Below, in pieces: positions 19,295 to 28,976 of a DNA stretch of 64,000 nt. The position numbers and the translations under genes were made by a program. The notes below the pieces were generated by a model. That model did no database searches. It was not told the DNA's origin and saw only the letters and a list, made by a program, of their open reading frames with translations. This stretch comes from a virus, in IMG/VR virus record IMGVR_UViG_3300021138_000014, positions 18,375-82,374 of that record; one strand, 5' to 3'. The stretch's first letter is position 1. Every line of letters begins with the position of its first letter.

Positions 19295-20240
19295 TTTCTC
19301 CCCGTGCCTTCGCTAGTTCTGCCTTCAACTTCTTAGATTGAATCTCGCGCAAGCGATCATACTCAACCTGTTGATCAGGGGAAATGTACTCGTCTTTAGC
19401 CATAGACGCTAGTTGGCTGAACTGATAAATGAAAAACTTCCAAACAGCATCCGCGGTCTTAAATTGATCGATCTCGATTTGGGTAAACAGAATTTCCAGC
19501 ATTCTGCATTCGATTTCTCCGTTAGTGCTGTACTTAGTACGGGCTAGGCGTAGCGCTGAAACAAAGCCAGTTTTGTTAACTTCAGTGATGCTAATGTTGA
19601 AATGGTTTCGACATTCATCCATGAAGTGGTAGAAAATATCCTGGGTTCCCCAAGTGTTTCGTGGTTTCTTATAACGCGTGTCTTTTGCGCTTTCGTGCTG
19701 TCGCTCTTGCTTATACCGCCATGCATCCGCTTTCTCCTTTTCACGTTGCAAAGCCGACTTTTTAAAAGAATCCTCCTGCTCAAGTTGCCAGTCGGATTTG
19801 GCGCGGGCGGAACTTAATAATGGATCAGGCATGAATCGCACCTCGAATTCGTCGTTTTCCTCATCGCGAACTTCGTTCGCGTGCTTTTTCTTTATAGATT
19901 CATAAGAACTATAAAGTTCTATAGACCCCATTGAACCTATCGGTTGGTTTTGAACATTTGCAACAAGTTCGGAAACTTCCACAGGTTGAAAGATCACCTC
20001 GGCCGTTCCAAACAAAATCTCCGTGGCTTGAGTAAAAATGTTTTGCCGGATAAACCCATCATTGACTTTATTGGTCAAAAGTTTAATGTAACCCTTTTCT
20101 CGGATCCCCTTAAGCAGCTTCCTCGCCTTGTAGGTAGAAAGCTCATACTCCTTGCTAACAGAAAACTCGTTGATCACCGTGGGCTTATCCGCCCATAGGA
20201 GATGGAGAAGTCCATGCTCCTCTACGGTAAGTCTGCTCAC
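19287..20240 (-). CDS. Putative replication initiator (N-terminal winged helix)
   Basis: Upstream of DnaC-like gene; wHTH-like N-terminus; internal AT-rich palindromic patch. Confidence 0.55.
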   Translation of the reverse strand: MSRLTVEEHGLLHLLWADKPTVINEFSVSKEYELSTYKARKLLKGIREKGYIKLLTNKVNDGFIRQNIFTQATEILFGTAEVIFQPVEVSELVANVQNQPIGSMGSIELYSSYESIKKKHANEVRDEENDEFEVRFMPDPLLSSARAKSDWQLEQEDSFKKSALQREKEKADAWRYKQERQHESAKDTRYKKPRNTWGTQDIFYHFMDECRNHFNISITEVNKTGFVSALRLARTKYSTNGEIECRMLEILFTQIEIDQFKTADAVWKFFIYQFSQLASMAKDEYISPDQQVEYDRLREIQSKKLKAELAKARGENV

Positions 20241-20845
20241 AGGGCCTCTTCGATTTCCTTAATAGCTTTCTTGATGACCTTCAGGCGCTCGCTGATGTAG
20301 TCCATAGCAACTTCTGGGGTGGTCTCTGGCAGGGCGAAATCTAGCACCTCTGGCTTTGTGAGCGCTTCAGGCTCCTCATCTAGGGTTGGATCCTCAACAG
20401 GCTTCTCAAAGGCTTTAACGCCCTCTACAGGGCTAATTTCAGCCAAACCTAGGCAAAGGTCTAATGAAGGGATCCCAGCCTCTTGGCACGCGGAAAGGGT
20501 GGCTAAGCAATGTGGGTCACTTTCCGACCACAGAATAAACGCCTCAGCTTCCTCCCCAGAAAAGTCGTCCACAATGGCTTGGTATGGGTCAGACGTTTCC
20601 GACAGGGTCGCCCCGCCGATCTGAGTCAAGTTGGTATTTGGTTTTGAGAGCACCACGGTTGGGATGTTAAGCCCAGTAGCAATCTGGTGGGCATATATCT
20701 GACCTTGGCTTGGTCGATCCTCAAATGGCAACACTAAAACGTGCGAACGTTTGTACGCCATGAAATAGTCTTCTAATAAGGCTTCTACGTTAGTTCTGGT
20801 TGTTTCCCCATAACCAGCAACAATGATGAACTTCTCTTTTGCCAT
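20237..20845 (-). CDS. Hypothetical protein (Rossmann/SLOG-like N-terminus, tentative)
   Basis: IIVAGYG beta-strand/Gly motif; GGAGG RBS. Confidence 0.55.
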   Translation of the reverse strand: MAKEKFIIVAGYGETTRTNVEALLEDYFMAYKRSHVLVLPFEDRPSQGQIYAHQIATGLNIPTVVLSKPNTNLTQIGGATLSETSDPYQAIVDDFSGEEAEAFILWSESDPHCLATLSACQEAGIPSLDLCLGLAEISPVEGVKAFEKPVEDPTLDEEPEALTKPEVLDFALPETTPEVAMDYISERLKVIKKAIKEIEEAL

Positions 20846-20901
20846 GCTTCCTCCTCTGAGAGGTGGTCAGCATACATAGGTCAGCCCATTGCGTCTAATT
20901 C

Positions 20902-23424
20902 TTAGCCTAGGACTCCCGGCTGTGCTATCAAAAGGCGGAAAGTAGTGCCATTCATAACATAATTTGGCAAATCCAACTTAAGGCGTCCGTAGGAGGACGT
21001 ATAGTTCCTGTAATAGTGGCTTCGGCTGGCCGCCACTGTTCCCTCCCAAAATAGATCCGACGGAGAACTAAATCCGCCTGAACCGTCAAAATAGTCAGAC
21101 ATTACAGACGCTTGTTCAAACAGTACTGAGTCAACCCAAAGGTTATTTGCTGGCGAAGTTCCTGTTGTTGGGTTAGACCACACAAGCGCAGCTTTTGCAT
21201 ATGCCGCATTATTCGGAGCTTGCTGGGAGTAAGAGAACCGAGAAAAATCACCAGTTTTATTTTGGATTAATTCTCCGTTCGTTCCTGTTGTTAAAGGTAG
21301 ATCTGCGTGAGATACGTACACTGTTATGTAGTCAACGGTTGTAGAAACAATGGAGTAATTTCCATTAATACCACTAACAAAATTAATAAGGCTAACTGAC
21401 ATCCCAGCTGCTAGATCATTTTCAAAGTATATAGTCATCAATCCACCACTAATACTATAAGTAGTAGGCGTGTAGTATTCCGACCAAGGATGAACAGTAT
21501 CATTTACTGTATTAATAAGCGCATTAGACGAGTCATACCAAGATATAGACATATACCCAAGTTTGTCAGAGGTATAAATTCCTGTGTAGTTTGTTTGTAC
21601 ATAGGCACTTAGTGTGTAGTACAACCCACCAAGAATAGGGATGTAATTATCATATTTAAAAGTAAGGGGAGAAGTACTAGTAGCAGTAAGTTTTGCTGAT
21701 TGATAGCTTGCGCTAGTGTCAGACTCAAAGTTTGTTAAATCAACAAGCGCAGTGCCGTTAGTTACTGTCCAAGGAGCAATTCCTGATACAAAACTAGGAT
21801 TAGTTATTTCATTAACTCGGTTTGCTTTTAGTGTGATCAATAAACCTCGAGCATCTTTAAATGACGTTGCGGATGACCCAAGTTCAAATTGACCCGCGTC
21901 AAAGTAATGGTATTCACTTCCGACGCCGCCGTAGATCTTTATAGAAGGTACGGCGTAGTATGCAGGACTAGTAGTAGCAGAGATAATTACTCCATTAACC
22001 GTTTGAGCAGTACTTACTGTGCTAGTAACTGCATATGAAATAGTATTACTTGTTACAGCAGTAATTGTTTGGGATCCATCAAATGGTGCACCTATAGCAC
22101 TTACTTTTACAATAGAGCCTACAGTTAAATTATGGTTTGCTGAAAGCGTAAGCGTAGCAACATTAGTTAGGGTAACGGCAGCTGAAATAACGCTACCCTT
22201 GAATCCCGGAGCAACGCCTGTCACGCTTAGACGAGTTCCCCAATAACCTGTGGTGTTATTGACTTTTACTTCGGAACTAGCGCCCAATGAAACACCGTTT
22301 TGATCAAACCAATAGAGCTTTGTTCCAATGCTTCTTGGGGTTGACCCAGCAAAGGTATACATAGAGAACGTGTAGGTGCTACCAGCAGTAATTGGGATCC
22401 CTTGATTTTTTGGATCTGTGTAGCCACATGCAAATTCTGCGTCTTCAGGGTAATTAAGTTCTACTTGTAGAACACCCAAATTAGAGTTAGGGCTACCAAC
22501 AGCAACTAGCGTTCCTTCTTGGAAAGGTGGTACCGAAGGAGTTTCGTTTGTTATTGGCCACTGATTTAAACTAGGGCCAGTAATACTCGTATCAAAAGCG
22601 TTCCAATGTCCGACGCCACTTTCAAACGAGGAGTCGTCATAACTAAGCATCAGATTGTTGTTAACATTAATAATTGGTTCATAAGCACTAAAAGTTTTAA
22701 TGTAATTGCTAATGCCGTTTGTTGATCCTTTAAGTTGGTTAATCAACGCCACGTTTGCTAGTTCTGCACGGGAACGCTGGTAACCTAATTCAGGTTCAAA
22801 CTTTAAACCAAATTGTTGAAACATCACTGGAAGCAACGGGTAATATGTACTATTAATATCATACGTATTCCATGCAAAATCAGCATGCGTGTGTAAAAAG
22901 TCTAAATAAAAATCAAAGATATTTAAGTAACTTTGCAAGTCTGTATTATCTACCCCGCCTAATCCAGACGTCAGATCTGTTGTTTTGTAAATATTTGGCA
23001 ACATGTCATAACTTGATTGACCGTTATACTGTTTTACCGAAACACCAGAAACTTGACCGGATAATTGCCACTGCTTTAGGGTAGTCGAATAAACAAAAAT
23101 ACTATAGTAATACGCAGCGCCAGACTGTAAACCAACATTATTTGGCACCTGACCTTTATCAGTATACGTATTTGGAGTTCCTGATTTAGTGGCAGTAAGA
23201 ATCACATCACCGTCTTCAATAGACAGTGGAAAACCATATTTGTTTCTTACTAACTTTAAAAGAGACCAATCCGCAGCAGTGCTACTTGTTGGGACGTTCC
23301 AACTAAGGTTAATAGTGTTATAACCAATAGAAGCAGAGGTAAAAGGCTCAGCACTGTAGGCAACGCTAAAGTTGCTAGTACCGTAAACTCCTGTTCCATA
23401 ATAGGAAACGCCATAAATTGCCAT
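20902..23424 (-). CDS. Baseplate wedge/tail protein (P2 gpI-like) with carbohydrate-binding-like modules
   Basis: LPNIY, LLP...FG, KGSTNGI; repeated SFE.G..W/YTFS..V/WFD CBM-like units. Confidence 0.75.
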   Translation of the reverse strand: MAIYGVSYYGTGVYGTSNFSVAYSAEPFTSASIGYNTINLSWNVPTSSTAADWSLLKLVRNKYGFPLSIEDGDVILTATKSGTPNTYTDKGQVPNNVGLQSGAAYYYSIFVYSTTLKQWQLSGQVSGVSVKQYNGQSSYDMLPNIYKTTDLTSGLGGVDNTDLQSYLNIFDFYLDFLHTHADFAWNTYDINSTYYPLLPVMFQQFGLKFEPELGYQRSRAELANVALINQLKGSTNGISNYIKTFSAYEPIINVNNNLMLSYDDSSFESGVGHWNAFDTSITGPSLNQWPITNETPSVPPFQEGTLVAVGSPNSNLGVLQVELNYPEDAEFACGYTDPKNQGIPITAGSTYTFSMYTFAGSTPRSIGTKLYWFDQNGVSLGASSEVKVNNTTGYWGTRLSVTGVAPGFKGSVISAAVTLTNVATLTLSANHNLTVGSIVKVSAIGAPFDGSQTITAVTSNTISYAVTSTVSTAQTVNGVIISATTSPAYYAVPSIKIYGGVGSEYHYFDAGQFELGSSATSFKDARGLLITLKANRVNEITNPSFVSGIAPWTVTNGTALVDLTNFESDTSASYQSAKLTATSTSPLTFKYDNYIPILGGLYYTLSAYVQTNYTGIYTSDKLGYMSISWYDSSNALINTVNDTVHPWSEYYTPTTYSISGGLMTIYFENDLAAGMSVSLINFVSGINGNYSIVSTTVDYITVYVSHADLPLTTGTNGELIQNKTGDFSRFSYSQQAPNNAAYAKAALVWSNPTTGTSPANNLWVDSVLFEQASVMSDYFDGSGGFSSPSDLFWEGTVAASRSHYYRNYTSSYGRLKLDLPNYVMNGTTFRLLIAQPGVLG

Positions 23425-23427
23425 TTG

Positions 23428-23916
23428 TTATCCAAAAATTCCAAGAACTAGGGCATTGTTAATATCATTGGAAGTAATTGCAGACGCATATAAAGATCCA
23501 TTAGCTGAAATGGAAGCAACTACTGTTCCAGAACTATTTGTCCAGTTTTGCAGGTTTGCAGTCTGACCAGACGCACCAGTAACAGTTAAACCGACATTTG
23601 AAGCCGATGAATTAGTAATAACGTCTCCACCAGTTCGGTGCACGTACTGCGTGTGAACGTCTTGAACAATACCCTGCTCAATATTTGCTAAGCGAGCAGT
23701 TAATGATGGGTAAGTAAACGCTGTTGGGTTATAAACTGGGTTAGATCCTGTTGGATTTGCATATGTGGTAACAGATGTTCCTGGGGTTAAGCCAACAACG
23801 CTTTCAATTGCCATAACTTCATTTTGAATGTTATTAATATCGGCAGCGTAAATGGTTTCAGTGTTGTCTACCTTGGTAGTAAACGGAAATACGGATCCTG
23901 GGTATGTGGCTGTCAT
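23428..23916 (-). CDS. Tail-associated protein
   Basis: KVDNTETIYAADINNIQNEV..IE, DVHTQY; baseplate context. Confidence 0.6.
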   Translation of the reverse strand: MTATYPGSVFPFTTKVDNTETIYAADINNIQNEVMAIESVVGLTPGTSVTTYANPTGSNPVYNPTAFTYPSLTARLANIEQGIVQDVHTQYVHRTGGDVITNSSASNVGLTVTGASGQTANLQNWTNSSGTVVASISANGSLYASAITSNDINNALVLGIFG

Positions 23917-23927
23917 TTATTTATCCT

Positions 23928-25412
23928 TTACGAGTTGATTCCGCCAGTAGAGACGATATTTAAGGTTCCAGTTTGTGGAATTTCATTTACAGCAAAACTT
24001 AGGTCGCCAACACCACTTTGCAGGGAGGCGTCCGCGCGTACAAGTAGCCCAATATTTGAAGAATACACACCGTCTACTGCTGATAAGACCGCATAAATAT
24101 CATGAACTGTGATCTTGTCATTAAACGTCACATTATCAAAAGCAAGAAGGCTTTGAAGCGCTGCCGTAACACTAGTAACAATAGATGAGTTTCTGTATTG
24201 TGGGAGCGCCTGTACGATTACAGTAATATTTACGCCAACAAACGTAGGTGGCTGTAAAGTAATAGACACATTTGGAGGAGTTTTTCCTGTAAAGAATGTA
24301 TTTAATTTAGTTCCTAGGTTTGTAAACGCGGTACTCACGTTTCCATAAGCGTCTAAACCAGTGTCACCATTTGGCGCAATAAAAAGGTTGATACTTGAAT
24401 AAACCGATCCCGAGGCACTAGCCTTTGCAACACCTGATACCTGAACAGCAAGAGCTGCATAATCGTTGAGTGTCACAGCCCGGTTAACTGCGCTTGTTGC
24501 AAGGGGAGCGTTAACTCGAATAGAGTCTGTGGACTCGGCATCTGCGCCACCTGTTGCCGCTGCTGGGTTAGTTACTGTCACACCAGAAATTGGTGAAATA
24601 AAGTTTGTAATTGTTGCAGCATTTACGTTACCAAAAGAACCACCGCCATAACGGTAGGTAACAAGGATACTTGAGTTTGCTGGAGGGACTCTACCGCTTA
24701 CGCCATCACCAAATACAACGCTTGTTACACCATTAGCATCTACTGTAGTTGTAAACGCGGGGTCTGTTCCCGCCGATTCAAGGAGGTATTGAACGTAGTT
24801 ATACTGCGTCCCACTAACATTTACGTTAATACTTCCTTCAATAACTGGTTGATTCAGTAAAGAGTACGTTTGATCAGCGGTTCCGTCAGATGGCCCGATA
24901 GATTCGTTGTATGCAGTTTGACCCTGCACCGCGGTAACTGAGGCTGATCCAGAAACAATGGTCACACCATCGCCAGCATATGTCGCTGCTGGAATAACCA
25001 CATCAGAAGAGGTCTCAAAAACTACTTCCGTGTTAGAACCATTAACAATTGCTGTACTAGATATTTGAGTTCCCAACGGGATATCAACGGCAGAAAAGGT
25101 ACTATTTGTAAAATACAAAGTGGTAGACGCTGGGTTCGTATTTGTTGGCGTATACCCAAGCATTTTGGCAATGGCAAGTACGCTAGTTCTTTGGCTTGCC
25201 GTGCTAATAAACGCCTCGTTTGCTGCACGGTCAATATAAAAGTTTAATACGTCGCCCATATGAGCAAAAACCTCAAGGATGGCAATAGCCAAATCTGCTG
25301 GGTCTCTGGTTGTTAGATTTGGGGCAAAGATAGGGATCAACGCGTAGAGATCATCGCGAATTGCTGGGTAATCGCGCGAGGTAAAGTCTACTTGCGGGAT
25401 GTAATTAGCCAT
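23928..25412 (-). CDS. Baseplate J/gp6-like wedge protein
   Basis: DFTSRDY, FYIDRAANE, FGDG..G..P, GGADAES, RAVTLNDY. Confidence 0.92.
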   Translation of the reverse strand: MANYIPQVDFTSRDYPAIRDDLYALIPIFAPNLTTRDPADLAIAILEVFAHMGDVLNFYIDRAANEAFISTASQRTSVLAIAKMLGYTPTNTNPASTTLYFTNSTFSAVDIPLGTQISSTAIVNGSNTEVVFETSSDVVIPAATYAGDGVTIVSGSASVTAVQGQTAYNESIGPSDGTADQTYSLLNQPVIEGSINVNVSGTQYNYVQYLLESAGTDPAFTTTVDANGVTSVVFGDGVSGRVPPANSSILVTYRYGGGSFGNVNAATITNFISPISGVTVTNPAAATGGADAESTDSIRVNAPLATSAVNRAVTLNDYAALAVQVSGVAKASASGSVYSSINLFIAPNGDTGLDAYGNVSTAFTNLGTKLNTFFTGKTPPNVSITLQPPTFVGVNITVIVQALPQYRNSSIVTSVTAALQSLLAFDNVTFNDKITVHDIYAVLSAVDGVYSSNIGLLVRADASLQSGVGDLSFAVNEIPQTGTLNIVSTGGINS

Positions 25413-25819
25413 TACTGGATCTCCTGAATCAGCGTGCCAGATCGAGTAAACGATCCAACTTTAAGCGTTACTTGGTCATTTACTTTTGTTGGAAGTTTAT
25501 AGTCTACCGTTATTATAAGAACCATATCGTCTGTATTCACAGTATCCATTTTTGTATCTACATGGATCAAAGTAAGGTCAGTTAAAAATGTAGCGAAAGC
25601 TGCGGTCACCGCTTCGGTTGCCCTGATTAAGGCATCGCTCTCGTTATCAAATACAAGATTTGGAATCTCTGTCCCAAACGTTGGGCGCTGGACGCGTGTT
25701 CCTACAGGAGTCATTAAGGTAGCAATGACTCGATCCATAACTTGCTTTCGTTCATTGTCAGTGACGTTTGTTCCGCCACCAGAGTTAACTGCAAACGGTA
25801 AAGAGAATGCAACACCCAT
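25412..25819 (-). CDS. gp25/GPW-like baseplate wedge (sheath initiator)
   Basis: LMTPVGTRVQRPTFGT. Confidence 0.88.
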   Translation of the reverse strand: MGVAFSLPFAVNSGGGTNVTDNERKQVMDRVIATLMTPVGTRVQRPTFGTEIPNLVFDNESDALIRATEAVTAAFATFLTDLTLIHVDTKMDTVNTDDMVLIITVDYKLPTKVNDQVTLKVGSFTRSGTLIQEIQ

Positions 25820-26316
25820 TAGAAAACCCCTAACCAGACGGGATGATTTGGATCTCCGCCTTCAAACATAACCCAAACTCCTTGTTTGAGATCCGGAACA
25901 GTTCTATGTGGTGTGTGCTCGTATGTATTAGCCGCATCGTTGTACGCTTGCCCTGACGCAGAGTTCCATTTTTTAGACGGGGTTGCCGTAGTTTGATGTG
26001 GATGCTTAAGAGTTCCTGCCCCAGCTTTTGCAACTACCGTTAATGCGGGAATTGAATGCGTATGAGACGGGCTTCCACCAGAGCCTGTATTAGAAACTGA
26101 TGTTGTAAGCAACGCCGCTACGTCAGAGGCTAAGTGTGCTACATGGTCAGGGTGATTAGAGTTGTTAGTTACTGGAAGACATGGGTAAGCCCAATCAGTA
26201 ACGGCCTGTCCCAAAACTTGAGGTACTTGTAACTTAATTCTATTTTTAAGTAAAGGATCATTATTTTCTTGACAAATCCCGCGGTAGATACCATAAAAAA
26301 GTTTAGATGTATCCAT
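25819..26316 (-). CDS. Baseplate spike OB-fold protein (gp5/gpV-like)
   Basis: YGIYRG...DP..NRIKLQVP...WA.P / VP..QGVWVMFEGGDPNHPVWLG. Confidence 0.85.
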   Translation of the reverse strand: MDTSKLFYGIYRGICQENNDPLLKNRIKLQVPQVLGQAVTDWAYPCLPVTNNSNHPDHVAHLASDVAALLTTSVSNTGSGGSPSHTHSIPALTVVAKAGAGTLKHPHQTTATPSKKWNSASGQAYNDAANTYEHTPHRTVPDLKQGVWVMFEGGDPNHPVWLGVF

Positions 26317-27640
26317 TGGCTTTTAGTCTCCTAACTACCGACGCGGGCCTAGAATTTACAACCGTTGTAGTGTTTAAACTTCCAGACGGATTAGTCCATT
26401 TGCTTGCCACTACAGCCTGACTTGCATTAACAGCAGACCCAGCGTTTCTATTCATAACTTTACCAAAACCAACTGAAGAATTTTTAGAGGGGCTAGGAAT
26501 TCCTTGCTTAAGCTGGTTAACTGGTTTAATAGAAGTTTGACGAACCCCAGGAACAATGTTCCTAGCAACCATATTTGTAAAAACGCCACCTTGGTTTGCG
26601 GTTTTTCCTAATGAATCTGATCCCAGTTGCAAAATAGTTGTGTATTGCTGAACGTTGTAGGCTGTAGAAATAAGTTTGTGTTGAACGCCTAGGACAACCC
26701 AATAGCCCGAGTAATCTTTTCCAACACCATCCATGTAGACAGGTTGATCGGGAGAAAGGTTTGGGGTTCCAATAACTTCGGCTTCTGCACGGTAGGCAAA
26801 CCTAGTTCTTTCATCTACAGCCTCAGCCTCAGACTTTGCCATAGCAATATCAGACGCGACGGTGTTATGAGCAAAAGCATCAAAAAATTCTGGTTGAAAC
26901 CGGGGACGAAGCGGTGTCTTTCTAGCTTGGTTGGTTACTTGAATAACCTTTGCTGTGTTTCTATCTACACCGCTTACAGCAGTCGCTGCTTTCATTTCCC
27001 CCGCTTGATCTAGGGATTCACCAGCAATAAGTTTAAAAGAGTAAAGGGTAGATCCTGCAGGGTTAGACTGAGAGCGCATATTAAACGTTGGGGCTGTTAT
27101 TTTATTTTGATTAAACTGTGTAGTTACAGGTTGAAAATGAATAGTTGTATTTTCTACACGGAGTGAATAGCCCGTATGATGAGCCAACTTTTTTAAAAAG
27201 TCCCATGCACTAACTCCAGCGTGAGCAATCTGAGGGAACACCCGAGGATGAGGTACTGTGTTCCAAGCAAAGTTAAAATCCTTAGCAATGCTCTGTACAA
27301 TTTGATCCGCGGTACCATTTTTGTAAACTTTTTGTGAAGGCTGTTTTAACGCATAAGAAGCACTAATAAAAAATACATCGGTGTAGTTTAAACCCGGTGC
27401 AAAGTTGTGCTCTATATGGTGAACATAACCTACAAATTCCTTAGAAGATGTACGGTCTTTAAAAACTAATTTCATAGGTGAGCCCGGTCGAATGCTGTCA
27501 TAGGCGGTGTTCCAGTCACGAAAACGAACACGCGCATAGTCATGCTTAAAGCGCTCTTGAAAAAGATCAACTTCGGCTACACGGGAGGCTGGCATATCCG
27601 AAGAAGGAAAGTTAACGGTAAAATAATTAGCTGCTGACAC
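26303..27640 (-). CDS. Baseplate hub (gpD/VgrG-like)
   Basis: FVGYV, SAWDFLKKLA, G.PNLSP, SGYWVV..V.H. Confidence 0.8.
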   Translation of the reverse strand: MSAANYFTVNFPSSDMPASRVAEVDLFQERFKHDYARVRFRDWNTAYDSIRPGSPMKLVFKDRTSSKEFVGYVHHIEHNFAPGLNYTDVFFISASYALKQPSQKVYKNGTADQIVQSIAKDFNFAWNTVPHPRVFPQIAHAGVSAWDFLKKLAHHTGYSLRVENTTIHFQPVTTQFNQNKITAPTFNMRSQSNPAGSTLYSFKLIAGESLDQAGEMKAATAVSGVDRNTAKVIQVTNQARKTPLRPRFQPEFFDAFAHNTVASDIAMAKSEAEAVDERTRFAYRAEAEVIGTPNLSPDQPVYMDGVGKDYSGYWVVLGVQHKLISTAYNVQQYTTILQLGSDSLGKTANQGGVFTNMVARNIVPGVRQTSIKPVNQLKQGIPSPSKNSSVGFGKVMNRNAGSAVNASQAVVASKWTNPSGSLNTTTVVNSRPASVVRRLKANGYI

Positions 27641-27914
27641 TTGGAATCCTCAGTACCGTTCCAGCAGGTATGTTGCTTGGGTCTTTTACCTCAGGGTTTG
27701 CTTCCATGATGTACCACCAAAGGTCCGGTCGATGGTAAAACTGGTGGGATACAAGATCAATTCGATCTCCAAAAACCCATGTATATTCTCGATATGAAAT
27801 CTTTCCAATTGGTTGAAACTCATAGAAAACAACTGGGTTCTCGTTTCCGCCTTCAGTAACAGAAAAGAAGTCTACTGTGGAGTACTCATATCTAGATCCT
27901 TGATAAATAGTCAT
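27627..27914 (-). CDS. LysM/tail X-like baseplate protein
   Basis: GDRIDLVSHQFY...LWWYIMEANP...IPAGTVLRIP. Confidence 0.88.
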   Translation of the reverse strand: MTIYQGSRYEYSTVDFFSVTEGGNENPVVFYEFQPIGKISYREYTWVFGDRIDLVSHQFYHRPDLWWYIMEANPEVKDPSNIPAGTVLRIPSVSS

Positions 27915-27923
27915 CGTAACTCC

Positions 27924-28976
27924 TTATTTTGTTGGAATAACGTTAGAGGTATTTCCGTTAGCAACGGAAGCAGAAGCCATAATATTGATACCAAGATCAA
28001 TGTCAGTTCTAATAGGCGTCATGTCTTGACTAAACGCAGAGTGATTTACGGCTAGAGAGTTAATGTAACCAACATAACTTGCTGGCCCTAGGTCAAAACG
28101 AATTAAGGTTGCAGGTAGATATCCAATATCTGACGTTTCAACTCCAGCAACGTTAAACCACCCACCACCATTAACTACACGGTATAGGTACTCGATGTCA
28201 GCCATGGTTCCACGTTTCATCAAGTCTAACAACTGATTTTGAACGTCTTCAGCGCTAGCCTGAAAGCCCCCATTGTAATAGGAAGCCATTTTTGAAAGTT
28301 CTTGTTTTGCTGTACCTGTTAAATTTCCAGTTGAATAATCGGCTGTGTACAAAGACCGCATGCAAGCAAAATCGTTTGTTCGATCAAGGCGAAGGCTTAA
28401 AGATACTGATTGATTTGCTGGGTATGCTCCAACAGCACCTGCCCATTGATCCATGGGGGTAGGAGTTACCGAAGTATTTAGGCTAACACTGTTAGACCAT
28501 GTCTCTGGGTTCCATAAAAACTGAAAGCCATACTTTCTGTCATTAAGTTGCTCAGAGGCACTGGCACCATGAGAAGTCACATATGGGTCACTTTCACTGT
28601 ACCACCACCAGATTCGACCACGTCGATACTTATCGTCGTTTCCTCCCGGCTTAGCAGTTGGGTTAGAGACTCCCGGGGTATTACTTCCAGAGTTATCCTC
28701 AGCAAAGTTATTTATATAAGCGGGTGTGACAGGAAGACTCCACTGATGGGGCGGAAGGTTCCACTTATAGTTAACATCTGGGGCAGACGGAGGAGTCACC
28801 TTACCAGTTCCCGCATTTGCAACCACGCTCTTTGAGGTTACAGCTGCAGCCGCTTTTAACGACGCTTGCTTTTTTGCAGCCAAGGATAGCGCAGAAGAGT
28901 TTGATGCAACTTTTGTTTTTTTAAGGTTTGCAGCTCCCGCTGTTGAACTTGTTGTTAAAGTAATTTTGCTAACCAT
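27924..28976 (-). CDS. Tail tube initiator-like protein
   Basis: FQFLWNPE, YVGYINSLAVNH..F...MTPIR; lies between TMP and LysM gene. Confidence 0.65.
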   Translation of the reverse strand: MVSKITLTTSSTAGAANLKKTKVASNSSALSLAAKKQASLKAAAAVTSKSVVANAGTGKVTPPSAPDVNYKWNLPPHQWSLPVTPAYINNFAEDNSGSNTPGVSNPTAKPGGNDDKYRRGRIWWWYSESDPYVTSHGASASEQLNDRKYGFQFLWNPETWSNSVSLNTSVTPTPMDQWAGAVGAYPANQSVSLSLRLDRTNDFACMRSLYTADYSTGNLTGTAKQELSKMASYYNGGFQASAEDVQNQLLDLMKRGTMADIEYLYRVVNGGGWFNVAGVETSDIGYLPATLIRFDLGPASYVGYINSLAVNHSAFSQDMTPIRTDIDLGINIMASASVANGNTSNVIPTK

